A stretch of 64,000 nucleotides of DNA from Bacillota bacterium (GCA_028724185.1 JAQYDN010000002.1:18979-82978), one strand, 5' to 3'; positions 30,023 to 41,578 are shown, numbered from the stretch's first letter. Numbers and translations: made by a program. The notes: generated by a model not told the origin, from the sequence alone.

Positions 30023-30744
30023 CGCTTCCCCCTTTCCATCAACCGCGAGAGGACGTAAGATGCGACGATACCCGCCGTCTCCGTCCGCAGTATATTCGGT
30101 CCCATCGTCACAAAAATCGCACCGCTTTTTTCAAGCCGTGCGACTTCGCGTTCGGATAACCCGCCTTCCGCGCCGACGAGCACATACGCGTCGCGATCGG
30201 CCGCGAGGTCCAAATCCAAGATATCGCGCTTCACATCTCCCTCGTAACAGACGATGAGGTCGCTGTCCTCGCCGACGGCATCGATCAACCCGTCGACGGT
30301 GAGCAAATCGCCGATCGTAGGAACGCGACTTCGGTTCGACTGCTTGGCCGCCTCCTCGGCGATCTTTTCAAAGCGCGTGCGCTTCGTCGAATATTTTTTC
30401 GCCAAATTCGAGACGGAACGATCCGTCTGGACGGGAATGAAGGCGTCGATTCCGCACTCCGTTCCGTGCTTTAACACCGTCTCGGTCTTTTGATTTTTCC
30501 CGACGCCCTGCGCGAGGACGAGTCGCCCCTCGGTTCGTTCTACTTCGACCTTCTCCTCGATCGAGACGAATGCGCCGCCGTCTTCGATCTTTAGACGACC
30601 GCGAAACAATTCGCCGCCGTGAGCCACTTGGATCGGCTCTTCCTCCTCCGCGCGCAACACGCGCAGCAAATGTCTTTCGTCTTCGGGTGCGAGGCGAACA
30701 CGCGAACCGACCGCCGGTTTTTCTTCTACAAAAAATTGTCTCAC
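30019..30744 (-). CDS. rsmE: 16S rRNA m3U1498 methyltransferase
   Basis: HLLRVLR, EQSNR-like KQSNRSRVP, VGAEGG and ILRTETA; GTG start overlaps the prmA stop (GTGA). Confidence 0.93.
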   Translation of the reverse strand: MRQFFVEEKPAVGSRVRLAPEDERHLLRVLRAEEEEPIQVAHGGELFRGRLKIEDGGAFVSIEEKVEVERTEGRLVLAQGVGKNQKTETVLKHGTECGIDAFIPVQTDRSVSNLAKKYSTKRTRFEKIAEEAAKQSNRSRVPTIGDLLTVDGLIDAVGEDSDLIVCYEGDVKRDILDLDLAADRDAYVLVGAEGGLSEREVARLEKSGAIFVTMGPNILRTETAGIVASYVLSRLMERGKR

Positions 30745-31655
30745 GATACTCTCCTCGCGGCGAGCGCCGACCAATCTCCGTCGGTGCGACTGTCGAGCAA
30801 TTCAAATCCCGCGCCCTTCAGCGCCTCCTCGACATCTGTCAGCTTCTCCTTGAGAATGCCCGATGCAATGTAGATGCCCCCGGGCTTGACGTGATCTGCG
30901 ACGTCGGGGAGCATGTCGATGATGACCTCCGCAAAGATATTGCTCACGACGACCTCGCCCGATTCCGAAACGGCGCTGAACAGGTCGCCTTCGCGCACAT
31001 CGATCCGGTCGACCAGGTCGTTTTTCTGCGCATTCTCTCTCGTCGCGAGGATACACTGCGGATCCATATCGACCGCGACGACCTCGCCCGCTCCGCTCGC
31101 GGCGGCGACGAGCGACAAAATCCCGCTGCCGCAACCGATGTCGATGACGGTGTCGCTTTCGCGCACGTATTCTCTTAAATAACGCGAACAGAGGTAGCTC
31201 GTCGCGTGGTTTCCGCTTCCGAAAGCCATGCCGGGATCCAGGACGATGACCGATTCGCCTTCATCCGGCTCGTATTCTTCCCAAGACGGCACGATCGAGA
31301 GGTGCTCGTCGATGGCGATGGGATGAAAGTATTTTTTCCAGTCGTTCGCCCAATCCGCATCCGCGATGTCCTCGACGACCGCTTCAAATCCCAAGGTCCG
31401 GACGCGCCCGTAGAGATCCCGCAGGTCGCCTTCGCGCTCGCCGTCGAAGTACGCGCGCAGTTCGAATACATCGCTCGGGACGCTCAAGACGTCCTCGTCG
31501 ATCGCATCCCACACGAAGGCGCTATCGTAGATCGCATCGATCGCATCGGCGGAGACGACTTCGTAGGCGTCAATTCCCGCATCCTGTAAAAAGAGTTCGG
31601 CCTCCTCCTGACGCTCGATCGGCCCCTTGATCTTTAATGCTTTATAATGTGTCAT
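30741..31655 (-). CDS. prmA: Ribosomal protein L11 methyltransferase
   Basis: [27 protein letters not shown] and [10 protein letters not shown]. Confidence 0.95.
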   Translation of the reverse strand: MTHYKALKIKGPIERQEEAELFLQDAGIDAYEVVSADAIDAIYDSAFVWDAIDEDVLSVPSDVFELRAYFDGEREGDLRDLYGRVRTLGFEAVVEDIADADWANDWKKYFHPIAIDEHLSIVPSWEEYEPDEGESVIVLDPGMAFGSGNHATSYLCSRYLREYVRESDTVIDIGCGSGILSLVAAASGAGEVVAVDMDPQCILATRENAQKNDLVDRIDVREGDLFSAVSESGEVVVSNIFAEVIIDMLPDVADHVKPGGIYIASGILKEKLTDVEEALKGAGFELLDSRTDGDWSALAARRVS

Positions 31656-32779
31656 TCAAAGAATTCCTTTAACTTTTGTAAAAATCCCTTTTCCTGTTCC
31701 GTCTTCACGTCGCTGTTTTTATGGCGCAATTCCTCGAGCAACTTTCTCTCCTCGTCGCTTACTTTTGTCGGGACGAGAATCTTCACGGTAAAGATCAGAT
31801 TGCCCGCGCCCTTTCTCCGAAGATGCGGCACGCCTTCGCCCTTGATCGTAAATTGTTCGCCGCTCTGGGTGCCCGCGGGGATATCGTAGTCGATGATCTT
31901 TTTAAGCGTCGGCACTTGAATCGTTCCGCCCAAGACGGCATCCTCGTAGCGAATGGGGATTTGAACGTGCAAGTCGTTGCCTTCCCGCGTAAAGATCTTG
32001 TCTTCTTCGATGTGAAGGTAGATATAGACCGTGCCGCTTTGGCCGCCGTTTTCTCCCGCGTGTCCCTCTCCGGACATCGTGATGACGCTGCGATCGTCGA
32101 CGCCCGCCGGAATGCGAACGTGGAGTTTTCGATTGACGGTTTCGTATCCGCTCCCCTTGCAGTGCTTACAGGGTTCTTCGATAATCGTCCCCGTCCCGCC
32201 ACAGTCTTCACACGGCACGACGCGCATAAATCGACCGAAGGCGGAGGTGGTCGACTCTCTTACCTGGCCGCTTCCGCCACAGGTCTCGCAGGTATGCACA
32301 CTCGATTCGTCCTCGGCTCCGGTACCGTGGCAGCGGGAACACTCTTCGGTCCGCCTGATCTGGATATCTTTTTCCGTTCCGAAGACAGCCTCCTTAAACG
32401 TCAAGTTGATATCATAGCGAATGTTCGCCCCGTCCCTCGGCGCCTTGGCCGAACTTCCCCCCGAAAAGTTCGCGCTGAAACCGCCGCCGAAAATATCGAA
32501 AATATCGCCGAAGATGTCCCCGAATCCGCCGCCGAATCCGCCCGAGGAGGCGTAATCGTTTTTAAGACCTTCCTCGCCGTACACGTCGTAAGTCCGCTTT
32601 TTCGTCTCGTCGGAGAGCACCTCGTAGGCGAGGTTGACCTCTTTAAATTTTTGTTCCGCCTCTTCGTCGCCGGGGTGCAGGTCGGGGTGATACTGTTTCG
32701 CCTTTTTCCGATAGGCTTTTTTGATTTCCGCCGCCGACGCCGAGCGCTCTACTTCTAATATCTCATATAAATCTCTCAT
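31652..32779 (-). CDS. dnaJ: Chaperone DnaJ
   Basis: J domain with HPD; four CxxCxGxG repeats. Confidence 0.98.
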   Translation of the reverse strand: MRDLYEILEVERSASAAEIKKAYRKKAKQYHPDLHPGDEEAEQKFKEVNLAYEVLSDETKKRTYDVYGEEGLKNDYASSGGFGGGFGDIFGDIFDIFGGGFSANFSGGSSAKAPRDGANIRYDINLTFKEAVFGTEKDIQIRRTEECSRCHGTGAEDESSVHTCETCGGSGQVRESTTSAFGRFMRVVPCEDCGGTGTIIEEPCKHCKGSGYETVNRKLHVRIPAGVDDRSVITMSGEGHAGENGGQSGTVYIYLHIEEDKIFTREGNDLHVQIPIRYEDAVLGGTIQVPTLKKIIDYDIPAGTQSGEQFTIKGEGVPHLRRKGAGNLIFTVKILVPTKVSDEERKLLEELRHKNSDVKTEQEKGFLQKLKEFFE

Positions 32780-32852
32780 ACACACCATCACTTTCTATTC
32801 GATCAAATAGTGATATCATAACCTATATTTGCTCGGGAAGGAAGACGCAAAC

Positions 32853-32880
32853 AAAAAAAGGGCACCGTGGTGCCCTTTTT
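32853..32880. terminator. Bidirectional-type terminator between dnaK and dnaJ
   Basis: AAAAAGGGCACC-GT-GGTGCCCTTTTT; possible internal dnaJ promoter TTGCGT-N17-TATAGG at 32850..32822. Confidence 0.8.
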
Positions 32881-32893
32881 CAGATTCATCAGA

Positions 32894-34735
32894 TTATTTT
32901 TCGTCGTCTTCATCTTCGTCGACAACTTCGTAATCGGCATCGACGACGTCATCGTCGTTGTCGGCATTGCCTGCCGATTGATCAGCGTTACCTTGAGCTT
33001 GGGCTTGTTTATAAAGTTCTTCCGATACGGATTGGAAGGCCGTTTGAAGCGCTTCTGTTTTGGACTTAATAGCTTCCAAGTCATCTGTGTCTTTGACGCT
33101 CTTCAAGTCTTCGATCGCATCTTCGACTTTCTTCTTGTCGTCTTCGGAGATCTTTCCGTCGACGTCTTTCAAAGCATTTTCAGACGCATAGATAACGGAA
33201 TCTGCGTTGTTTTTAATTTCGATGGATTCCTTCTTCTTCTTATCTTCTTCGGCGTGTGCTTCCGCTTCGCGAACTTTTTGATCGATCTCGTCTTCGGTCA
33301 AGTTGGTCGAGGAAGTGATGGTAATGTGTTGTTCCTTACCGGTTCCCATGTCCTTAGCCGATACGTTGACGATGCCGTTGGCGTCGATATCGAAGGTAAC
33401 TTCGATTTGGGGTACGCCGCGACGAGCCGGAGCGATACCGTCTAATTGGAAACGACCCAAGGTGACGTTGTCGCTTGCCATTTGACGTTCGCCTTGCAAG
33501 ACGTGGATGTCGACGCTCGTTTGGTTGTCGGCGGCCGTCGTAAAGGTTTGGCTCTTCTTGGTCGGGATCGTGGTATTGCGTTCGATCAAGCGCGTCGTTA
33601 CGCCGCCCATGGTTTCGATACCGAGGGAAAGCGGGGTAACGTCGAGAAGGAGCAAGTCCTTGACGTCGCCGCTCAAGACACCCGCTTGAATAGCAGCGCC
33701 CAAGGCGACACATTCGTCGGGGTTGATGTCTTTTTGCGGCTCCTTGCCGACGACGGATTTTACCAAGTTTTGAACGGCCGGAACACGCGTGGAACCGCCG
33801 ACGAGCAAGACTTTATCGACGTCGGAGGGGGAGAGACCGGCGTCTTTTAAAGCCGCTCTAACCGGTTCTTCGGTCTTCTTCACGAGGTCGGAGGTGAGTT
33901 CGTCAAACTTTGCACGCGTCAGGTCCATGTTTAAGTGCAAGGGACCGCTCGCATTGGCGGTGATAAAGGGAAGGTTGATGTTTGTGCTCATCGTCGAGGA
34001 CAATTCCTTCTTCGCCTTTTCAGCCGCTTCCTTCAAACGTTGCAAGCTCATGCGGTCGGCCTTTAAGTCGACGCCGTTTTCCTTCTTAAAGTTTTCCGCG
34101 ATCCAATCGATGATGCGTTCGTCGAAGTCGTCGCCGCCGAGCTTGTTGTTCCCACGGGTTGCCTGTACTTCGAATACGCCGTCGGAGAGTTCGAGAATCG
34201 AGACGTCGAAGGTTCCGCCGCCCAAGTCGTAAATCATGACCGTGCTGGAGTCCGAATCTTCGTCTTCGCCGTAAGCGAGTGCCGCTGCGGTCGGTTCGTT
34301 GACGATACGTTTAACGTCCAACCCGGCGATGCGTCCCGCGTCCTTCGTCGCTTGACGTTGTGCGTCGGTAAAGTAAGCGGGAACCGTGATGACGGCTTCG
34401 GTAATCGACTCGCCCAAGTAGCTTTCCGCGTCGGATTTCAATTTTTGAAGAATCATCGCGGAGATTTCTTGCGGAGAGTAATCCTTTCCGTCAATGGTCA
34501 CCTTGTAATCCGTGCCCATGTGACGTTTGATCGATGCGATCGTTCTGTCGGGATTTGTGATCGCTTGACGCTTTGCCGTCTCTCCGACGAGGCGTTCGCC
34601 GTCTTTTGTAAATGCGACGACCGACGGCGTCGTTCTGTTACCCTCGATATTCGGGATAATGGTAGATTGGCCACCTTCCATGACGGCGACGGCCGAGTTT
34701 GTCGTTCCTAAGTCAATACCAATAATTTTAGCCAT
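32894..34735 (-). CDS. dnaK: Chaperone DnaK
   Basis: [27 protein letters not shown] and VGGSTR. Confidence 0.99.
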   Translation of the reverse strand: MAKIIGIDLGTTNSAVAVMEGGQSTIIPNIEGNRTTPSVVAFTKDGERLVGETAKRQAITNPDRTIASIKRHMGTDYKVTIDGKDYSPQEISAMILQKLKSDAESYLGESITEAVITVPAYFTDAQRQATKDAGRIAGLDVKRIVNEPTAAALAYGEDEDSDSSTVMIYDLGGGTFDVSILELSDGVFEVQATRGNNKLGGDDFDERIIDWIAENFKKENGVDLKADRMSLQRLKEAAEKAKKELSSTMSTNINLPFITANASGPLHLNMDLTRAKFDELTSDLVKKTEEPVRAALKDAGLSPSDVDKVLLVGGSTRVPAVQNLVKSVVGKEPQKDINPDECVALGAAIQAGVLSGDVKDLLLLDVTPLSLGIETMGGVTTRLIERNTTIPTKKSQTFTTAADNQTSVDIHVLQGERQMASDNVTLGRFQLDGIAPARRGVPQIEVTFDIDANGIVNVSAKDMGTGKEQHITITSSTNLTEDEIDQKVREAEAHAEEDKKKKESIEIKNNADSVIYASENALKDVDGKISEDDKKKVEDAIEDLKSVKDTDDLEAIKSKTEALQTAFQSVSEELYKQAQAQGNADQSAGNADNDDDVVDADYEVVDEDEDDEK

Positions 34736-34801
34736 ATCTCATGTCCTCCTCATTTAATACCGGTTTTAGTTGTCAGTGATTTTTGATTTTATCTATATTA
34801 A

Positions 34802-35371
34802 TTACCTCGAGACCTTGACCATCGAGGGGCGAATAACGCGATCGTTTAATTTATAACCTTTTTGAAGTACCTCGATCACGACATCCGGTTCGACGTCCTC
34901 TTTCTCTTCGAGCATGACGGCGTGGTGCAAATTAGGATCGAACGGTTGATCGAGTGCGTCAATTTCGACGATGCCGTTCTTTTTAAGCTCTTCCCGAAAT
35001 TGATCGGCGATCATTTCCATCCCTTCGTAAAACTTTTCGTCTTTGATGTCGTCCGTGCTCAGTGCGCGTTCGAAATTATCCAAGACGGGAAGAATATCCA
35101 ACGCCAAAGTTTCCATGCCCAAGGCGTGCATTCTGGACTTCTCTTCCGTGCTGCGCCGTCTAAAGTTACTGTAGTCGGCTTGAAGACGGATATAGCGATC
35201 TTCGAGTTCGGCGTAGCGCTTCTCGTCGCTCTCCTCGTCTTCTGCCTCTTTGTCTTCTACATCGTCGGAGGAAACTTCTTCCGTTTCGTCCACGACTTCT
35301 TCGGTCTCTTCGTTTTGATTATCTTCATGTTCCAAATCAAAGTCTTTTTGATCTTTATTTTCTACTACCAC
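34802..35371 (-). CDS. grpE: Nucleotide exchange factor GrpE
   Basis: ADYSNFRRR, FDPNLHHAV and KGYKLNDRVIRPSMVKV. Confidence 0.97.
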   Translation of the reverse strand: MVVENKDQKDFDLEHEDNQNEETEEVVDETEEVSSDDVEDKEAEDEESDEKRYAELEDRYIRLQADYSNFRRRSTEEKSRMHALGMETLALDILPVLDNFERALSTDDIKDEKFYEGMEMIADQFREELKKNGIVEIDALDQPFDPNLHHAVMLEEKEDVEPDVVIEVLQKGYKLNDRVIRPSMVKVSR

Positions 35372-35379
35372 ATCTCACC

Positions 35380-36405
35380 TCAACGTTCCTTCCCCAGGCG
35401 CCTCGTCAACGCGTCCGTAAACGCGACAAGCGCATTCGCCGATTTTCTATAATTCATCCTAACCGGTCCGATTAGAGCGACCTTGCCCAAATTCGACGCA
35501 CTCGTCGGATACACGCGACTCAACAGGCTGTTTTCCTGCATGACCTCCGCGTCGTTGTCGCTGCCGATCTTAAATTCCACCGGCGCCGACGTCGATACGT
35601 CCCGGAAGATATGGAGCAAGTTGTCCTTGTTCTCGACATACTTCATGAGCGACTGCATCCTCGAGACATCTTGAAATTCTTCATAGTGAAACAAATTTCC
35701 GATACCGCTGATGACGACATCGATATCTTCGACGACGTTGACGACGTCGGAGAGGAGACTCGTAATCTGCAGGATAAATGTTTCGTAACGAACCAATTGG
35801 CCGGACAAGACGAATTTTACGCCGTCGATCTCGGTAAATGAAGTACCCACAAACGCCTTCGATAAAACATCCGCGATGTATTCGAGATCGTCCTCGCGCA
35901 CCGAAAAATCGACCGGTAAAACACGCTTCACGACGACGCCGCGGTCGCCGACGACGAGCAACAGGACCAGGTTTTCCGATAAGGCAATCAAGTCCAGGTA
36001 CTTAATCGTTCGGTCGCCCTTTTTCGACATCATCATCACGGCCAAACTGTTCGTCTCCTCGGCAAGCGCCTCGATCGCGCTGCGGTAGAATTCCTCCGTT
36101 CCCAGCAGCTTCTCGGGCATCGCCTCGGTAAACAATTCGACGAGCGAATCTTGACGATGGATCTCGGGAATTAATTCGTCTACATAAAACCTATAAGCAT
36201 CTTCAGAAGGTATCCTGCCGGCGGACGTGTGGGGCTTTGTCAACAGACCCAAATCCTCCAAGTCGCTCATCTCGTTGCGAATCGTCGCCGATGAAACCGA
36301 CAAACTCGATTCCTTCGAAAGTGTGCGACTGCCGATAGGTACGGGAGATGCTATATAAGATTCTACGATGAGATTCAGAATGTCCAACTTCCTCTGATCC
36401 AACAT
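35380..36405 (-). CDS. hrcA: Heat-inducible repressor HrcA
   Basis: MLDQRKLDIL, PIGSRTL, SSATIRNEMSDLEDLG, HTSAGRIPS and IGPVRMNY; ATG 36405 with GGGG RBS. Confidence 0.95.
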   Translation of the reverse strand: MLDQRKLDILNLIVESYIASPVPIGSRTLSKESSLSVSSATIRNEMSDLEDLGLLTKPHTSAGRIPSEDAYRFYVDELIPEIHRQDSLVELFTEAMPEKLLGTEEFYRSAIEALAEETNSLAVMMMSKKGDRTIKYLDLIALSENLVLLLVVGDRGVVVKRVLPVDFSVREDDLEYIADVLSKAFVGTSFTEIDGVKFVLSGQLVRYETFILQITSLLSDVVNVVEDIDVVISGIGNLFHYEEFQDVSRMQSLMKYVENKDNLLHIFRDVSTSAPVEFKIGSDNDAEVMQENSLLSRVYPTSASNLGKVALIGPVRMNYRKSANALVAFTDALTRRLGKER

Positions 36406-36431
36406 AGCATCGACCCCCTTTTCTCGATCTG

Positions 36432-36458
36432 TTAGCACTCTATTTATCCGAGTGCTAA
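36432..36458. promoter_or_regulatory. CIRCE operator (perfect)
   Basis: TTAGCACTC-TATTTATCC-GAGTGCTAA. Confidence 0.97.
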
Positions 36459-36471
36459 TGCTTACAGTATA

Positions 36472-36500
36472 AGTATACACACCCTGTTAGCACTTGTCAA
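36472..36500 (-). promoter_or_regulatory. SigA promoter of the hrcA-dnaK operon
   Basis: TTGACA-N17-TATACT. Confidence 0.9.
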
Positions 36501-36513
36501 GAAAGATTGCTAT
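36487..36513. promoter_or_regulatory. Second, degenerate CIRCE overlapping the -35 box
   Basis: TTAGCACTT-N9-GATTGCTAT (8/9 and 7/9 matches, exact 9-bp spacer). Confidence 0.65.
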
Positions 36514-36565
36514 GTTTTTCAAATAATCCCCAGATTTATGCGGTAAATTTTTCGCGCCTTCGCCC

Positions 36566-37711
36566 TCAGGCTTCCTCGTCGGACAGCCTGAAAAAATCGA
36601 CTTCCACGCGATTCGACAGATCCCTTCCCCGCGCGGTCAGCGCGACTCGTTCGTCCCGTATCTCGAGGAGGCCGCGCTCGATATTTCGCTCGATTTCCGC
36701 CTTGTACCGATCGATAAAACGCGCGCCCGATGGAATCGGCTCGTCAAGCGGAATACCCTCGTTCAACCGAATGCCGAGCATCATGTACTCATTATCCCGG
36801 TCGAGATCGGTGAGCTTTTCGTATGCCGCGACGGGCTTAACGCCCCGCGCGATCTTCTCGCCATACTGGTGCATATCCGTCTCGTTTCGATATCGCACGC
36901 CGTTTAAATATCCGCTGCTCCCCGCGCCGAGGCCGATGTATTCGCCCAAAGTCCAGTAGTGCAGGTTGTGGCGACAGCGGTAGCCCGGCTTCGCGAAATT
37001 TGAAATCTCATACTGCGCATACGATAAGCGCTCGAGCCGCCTTTCGTAGCGGTGGACGTGGCGGCGATCCTCCTCGTCGCGTTCCGTCCCGAGGTGTCCG
37101 TACTGTTTGTAAAAGGGCGTTCCCTCTTCGACGATAAGACTGTAGACGCTCACGTGTTCGGGATCGAGCGACTCGACCAACGCGAGGCTCTTTTCGATGT
37201 CGACGTCGCTCTCCGTCGGAACCGATGATATAAAGTCCAGGTTGATATTTTCCGCGCCGCCCTCGCGCAGATGGTCGAAGGCCCTTCGAGCGGTTTCGAC
37301 GTCGTGGATACGCCCCATGACGTCGAGGAGCCGATCGCTTCCGCTCTGCACGCCCATACTGAAGCGGTTGATGCCGCCGGTTGTCAACGCACCGACATCG
37401 AGCGTCCTCACACTCTCGGGATTGCCTTCGATCGTCACCTCGGCACCCGTTTCGACAAAGGGCATCAGGGGCTCGATCGCGCGGAGGAGACGGTCGCTTC
37501 CGAGCATCGACGGCGTCCCGCCTCCTATATATATCGTCCGAATATTTCGCGCACGCAGTTCCTCTTCATAGAGCGCCGCTTCGCGCGCGAGCATCTCGAC
37601 ATAACGCTCCATCGTCTCCTCTTTCGAGGGAACAAAGGAATAGAAATCGCAATAACCGCATTTCTTTTCACAAAAAGGTATGTGAATATAAACAGATAAA
37701 TCTCGCTTCAT
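36566..37711 (-). CDS. hemW: Radical SAM heme chaperone HemW (HemN-like)
   Basis: YIHIPFCEKKCGYCDF, GGGTPS and YEISNFA..HN..YW; canonical lepA-hemW-hrcA position; ATG 37711. Confidence 0.92.
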   Translation of the reverse strand: MKRDLSVYIHIPFCEKKCGYCDFYSFVPSKEETMERYVEMLAREAALYEEELRARNIRTIYIGGGTPSMLGSDRLLRAIEPLMPFVETGAEVTIEGNPESVRTLDVGALTTGGINRFSMGVQSGSDRLLDVMGRIHDVETARRAFDHLREGGAENINLDFISSVPTESDVDIEKSLALVESLDPEHVSVYSLIVEEGTPFYKQYGHLGTERDEEDRRHVHRYERRLERLSYAQYEISNFAKPGYRCRHNLHYWTLGEYIGLGAGSSGYLNGVRYRNETDMHQYGEKIARGVKPVAAYEKLTDLDRDNEYMMLGIRLNEGIPLDEPIPSGARFIDRYKAEIERNIERGLLEIRDERVALTARGRDLSNRVEVDFFRLSDEEA

Positions 37712-37754
37712 TTTTCCTCCAAAAAAAGACGGACCCCGGGGATCCGCCTTTCCA

Positions 37755-39560
37755 CTAATCTTCATCATATTTTAACACGGCGAGAAACGCCTCTTGGGGC
37801 ACATCGACGCTTCCGATGGAGCGCATGCGCTTCTTTCCTTCTTTTTGTTTTTCCAGCAATTTGCGCTTTCTCGAAATATCGCCACCGTAGCACTTCGCGA
37901 GGACGTCTTTTCTCACGGCGCGTATCGTCTCGCGCGCGATGATCTTCGAGCCGATCGCCGCCTGAATGGGGATGGCGAATTGGTGCCTCGGGATGACGTC
38001 GGTGAGTCGCTCGCAAATTCGTCTGCCGCGTTCGTAGGCCTTGTCGCTGTGGACGATCAGGGAGAAAGCGTCGACGAGTTCGCCGTTAATCAGAATGTCC
38101 ATTTTGACGAGGTCGCCCGGCTCGTATCCGATCAACTCGTAGTCGTAGGACGCGTATCCTCGCGTCTTGGACTTAAGCGCGTCGAAAAAGTCGTAGATGA
38201 CCTCGTTTAGAGGCAATTCATAGGTGATCGTCACCCGCGTCTCCTCGAGGTAGTCCATGCTGATATAACGCCCGCGCCTATCTTGGCAAAGTTCCATGAC
38301 CGTTCCGACGTAATCGGTCGGCGTCATGATTTCCGCGCGGACGAAAGGCTCTTCCATGTAATCGATCGTCGTCGGATCGGGGAGATTCGTCGGGTTTTGA
38401 ATCTCGAGGAGTTCCCCTTCGAGCGTGTGGACGCGATAGATGACAGAAGGTGCCGTCGTAATGATGTCCAAATCGAATTCTCTCTCGAGCCGCTCCTGAA
38501 TAATCTCCATGTGAAGCAGGCCTAAAAATCCGCACCGGAATCCGAAGCCCAGGGCGACGGATGTCTCCGCCTCAAAGACGAGCGCCGCGTCGTTGACCTG
38601 CAGCTTCTCGAGTGCGTCCCTGACGTCGCCGTAGGATTCTCCCTCGGCGGGGTAAATCCCCGAATAGACCATCGGGACCACTTTTTTGTAACCCGGAAGT
38701 GCCGCATCGGGCGGGTTCTTCGGGTCGTAGATGGTATCGCCGACGCGCGCTTCTTTGACATTTTTAATGCTCGCCGTGATGTATCCGACGTCGCCCGCGC
38801 TCAATTTATCGAGCGGGATGTGGCCGTTGGCGTTTACGCCGACCTCGACGACTTCAAATTCCTTTTCGGTCGCCCACATCTTGATCACATCCCCCGCCTT
38901 GACCTCGCCGTCCACCATGCGCACATAACAGACGACGCCGCGGTAGCTGTCGTAGACGGAATCGAAGATCAACGCCTTGAGCGGAGCCTTTGCATCGCCC
39001 GACGGCGCGGGAATTTGTTCGATGATGGCGTCGAGCACCGCGTCGATGCCGATACCTTTTTTCGCGCTGATCAGCGGCGCATTCTCCGTATCGAGGGCGA
39101 GGATGTCCTCGATCTCCTTTTTTACCTCCTCGACCCTCGCCGAGGGCAAGTCGATTTTGTTGATGACCGGGACCATTTCCAAATCCTGGTCCATGGCTAA
39201 GTAGACATTCGCGAGCGTTTGCGCCTCGACCCCTTGCGTCGAATCGACGACGAGCAGCGCCCCTTCGCACGCGGCAAGCGAGCGCGAGACCTCGTAGTTA
39301 AAGTCGACGTGACCCGGGGTGTCGATTAAATTTAAAATATACTCTTCCCCGTCGCGTTCATGAATGAGTCGGACGGCCTTCAGTTTGATCGTAATGCCGC
39401 GCTCTTTTTCCAGGGACATGGAATCGAGAACTTGCGAATCCATTTCCCGTTCAGTTAACATGCCCGTCTTTTCGATCAGTCGATCGGCCAGGGTACTCTT
39501 CCCGTGGTCGATATGGGCAATGATTGAGAAATTTCGGATTTTCTGTTGACGATCGCTCAT
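37755..39560 (-). CDS. lepA: Translation elongation factor 4
   Basis: [18 protein letters not shown] and [24 protein letters not shown]. Confidence 0.98.
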   Translation of the reverse strand: MSDRQQKIRNFSIIAHIDHGKSTLADRLIEKTGMLTEREMDSQVLDSMSLEKERGITIKLKAVRLIHERDGEEYILNLIDTPGHVDFNYEVSRSLAACEGALLVVDSTQGVEAQTLANVYLAMDQDLEMVPVINKIDLPSARVEEVKKEIEDILALDTENAPLISAKKGIGIDAVLDAIIEQIPAPSGDAKAPLKALIFDSVYDSYRGVVCYVRMVDGEVKAGDVIKMWATEKEFEVVEVGVNANGHIPLDKLSAGDVGYITASIKNVKEARVGDTIYDPKNPPDAALPGYKKVVPMVYSGIYPAEGESYGDVRDALEKLQVNDAALVFEAETSVALGFGFRCGFLGLLHMEIIQERLEREFDLDIITTAPSVIYRVHTLEGELLEIQNPTNLPDPTTIDYMEEPFVRAEIMTPTDYVGTVMELCQDRRGRYISMDYLEETRVTITYELPLNEVIYDFFDALKSKTRGYASYDYELIGYEPGDLVKMDILINGELVDAFSLIVHSDKAYERGRRICERLTDVIPRHQFAIPIQAAIGSKIIARETIRAVRKDVLAKCYGGDISRKRKLLEKQKEGKKRMRSIGSVDVPQEAFLAVLKYDED

Positions 39561-39578
39561 GTTTCCTCCTTGGTTCTT

Positions 39579-40133
39579 CTAGTTATTCTCTCCGTGGTGA
39601 AATACCGTGAATTTAGAAAAGGGATAGTACCGAAGCGCCGCACGGGAACGGATATGTTCTTTCGGGACCGGCCCGAAGTAACGACTGTCGATCGACATCC
39701 CCCGATGTCGGTTGTCTCCCATGACGAAAAATTCTCCGGGAGCCAACTTCCAATCACTTTTGTTATAAATTTCCGTCTCGACGCCCCGGTGAATATAAGG
39801 CTCCTCGATTTGGACGCCGTTTACGAAGACGTCTCCGTTTTCGATGCTGATCTCATCGCCCGGGACGCCGGCGACGCGCTTGACATATTCCTTGCCCGAG
39901 CCGTCCGGCGCGTCGATGATGACGATGTCGCCTCTCTCGGGATCCGAAAAGTACTTCGGAAATACCAAGCATATCATGCGTTCATTTTGATGGAGCGTCG
40001 GTTCCATGCTCTGACCGATGACCATCGTCGTATTAAATATAAATGTTCGAATAATCACCGCCAATACCACGGCCGTGACGACGAGTTTTACCACTTCCAT
40101 CGCCGTAGTCGACGATTCTTCTTTCCGCTTCAA
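39579..40133 (-). CDS. lepB: Signal peptidase I
   Basis: GQSMEPTL (Ser), YVKRV (Lys), GDNR..SIDSRYFG; one N-terminal TM segment. Confidence 0.95.
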   Translation of the reverse strand: MKRKEESSTTAMEVVKLVVTAVVLAVIIRTFIFNTTMVIGQSMEPTLHQNERMICLVFPKYFSDPERGDIVIIDAPDGSGKEYVKRVAGVPGDEISIENGDVFVNGVQIEEPYIHRGVETEIYNKSDWKLAPGEFFVMGDNRHRGMSIDSRYFGPVPKEHIRSRAALRYYPFSKFTVFHHGENN

Positions 40134-40217
40134 ATCGTATCTCCCTTCTTAGAACTAACTATTTATTTTACCACAAAGCATTCGTTTCTACATCTCCCGC
40201 AACTTCCTCGACAAATC

Positions 40218-40246
40218 TTGCAAATTCGATGTGCCTGTGATAGAAT
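40218..40246 (+). promoter_or_regulatory. SigA promoter of rpsT
   Basis: TTGCAA-N17-TAGAAT with extended TG. Confidence 0.8.
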
Positions 40247-40296
40247 TCTACAAGTTAAGGTGTCCTACGGGATAAAATCACAGTCGGAGGTGAACT

Positions 40297-40560
40297 ATGG
40301 CAAATATTAAATCTGCAATGAAGCGTATCGACACGACCAAGAAACAAACATTGTACAATAAAAGGGTTAAAACCGGCATGAAGACGACGATTCGTAAATT
40401 TGAAGCAGCCGTCGAGCAAGGCAATGTCGACGAAGCGAGAGAACTTCTCCGTACTGTCGATAAAGACTTAAAAAAAGCGGCTTCGAAGAATGTCATTCAT
40501 AAAAACGCCGCGGCACGCAAGTTAAGCCGTTTAACGAAGAAATTAAATCACATTCAATAA
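40297..40560 (+). CDS. rpsT: 30S ribosomal protein S20
   Basis: MANIKSAMKR..IHKNAAARKLSRL. Confidence 0.98.
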   Translation: MANIKSAMKRIDTTKKQTLYNKRVKTGMKTTIRKFEAAVEQGNVDEARELLRTVDKDLKKAASKNVIHKNAAARKLSRLTKKLNHIQ

Positions 40561-40562
40561 AT

Positions 40563-40596
40563 AAAAAAACTGAAAACCTTCGTTTTCAGTTTTTTT
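40563..40596. terminator. Bidirectional terminator between rpsT and holA
   Basis: AAAAAAACTGAAAAC-CTTC-GTTTTCAGTTTTTTT. Confidence 0.88.
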
Positions 40597-41578
40597 ATTG
40601 CCCGCGCAACATCTTGAGCGTCAACGTCTCGAGCACTTCGGCATCACTCGCCGAGGTCGACTTCATCGCAAGCTCCGCCTCCAAGATCATATCGTATTGG
40701 CCTCTCAAGGCGCGCTCCGTATATAGCCCGCTCTGAGCGGCTATTTTTTTGCCCTCAAAAGGTTTCACGCCCATAAAGCGAAAGATCTCGCTATCCGCGC
40801 GTCCCGTACGCTTCATGGTCTTATAAAAGAGAAGGTTGCGCGTCTGCCGCGCGATCATATAGAGAATGCGCGGCGCGGGTTCTTCTTTGACGTCGAATTC
40901 ATTTAACAGGCGGAGGACGTCCTCCGCTCGTTTCTTCGCAATCGCATCGAGCAAATCGAAGATCGTCTCCGTCTGAAACGGATCGAGGAAGGTATCGATC
41001 GCCTCGACGCGGACCTCCTCCTTCGAAATACTCGCGATCTGATCGAGCGTCGTGACGAGCGCCTCGAGATCCCCCGAGTAGTTGCGGTCGCTATAACCCG
41101 ACAGGCGGATAAAGTGTTCGAGCGCTTCGGGCGTGATGCGACGATTCAACTTCGCCAGATAATTCGCGAGATAGCTCCGCAACGCGCGCCCCTGCAAGCG
41201 CTCCATCGCAATCAGACGGCCGGCCTTTTTAAACCGTTTATAGAGTTTTTGATTCTTCTTAATCGGCGTCTCCGTCTCCATCAAAAGCAGAATCGTCGAG
41301 TCGGGAACGGAAAACACGTCCTCTAAGAAGGTGTCCAGGTCGGCATCGGAACTCAACAACCCCGCGTCGCGCACGACGACCATGCGTTTTTCGGACATAA
41401 ACGGGAGCGTGTTCGCCTTCGCTAAAATTTCGCCGGCGTCCTCGCGCGCCACGTCATAATTGAGGTCGCGCATGGCGGGATCTATATAGCGTTTTTCGAG
41501 TTGAGCCCGCTTCTGCTCCATACCGTACTTTTCCGGTCCGTGCATGAGGTAGGCTCCACCGTAATGAACTGATTCCAT
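40595..41578 (-). CDS. holA: DNA polymerase III delta subunit
   Basis: YLMHGPEKY, ANTLPFMSEKRMVVV and TIFDLLDAI; canonical comEC-holA/rpsT arrangement; start placed at ATG 41578. Confidence 0.88.
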   Translation of the reverse strand: MESVHYGGAYLMHGPEKYGMEQKRAQLEKRYIDPAMRDLNYDVAREDAGEILAKANTLPFMSEKRMVVVRDAGLLSSDADLDTFLEDVFSVPDSTILLLMETETPIKKNQKLYKRFKKAGRLIAMERLQGRALRSYLANYLAKLNRRITPEALEHFIRLSGYSDRNYSGDLEALVTTLDQIASISKEEVRVEAIDTFLDPFQTETIFDLLDAIAKKRAEDVLRLLNEFDVKEEPAPRILYMIARQTRNLLFYKTMKRTGRADSEIFRFMGVKPFEGKKIAAQSGLYTERALRGQYDMILEAELAMKSTSASDAEVLETLTLKMLRGQ

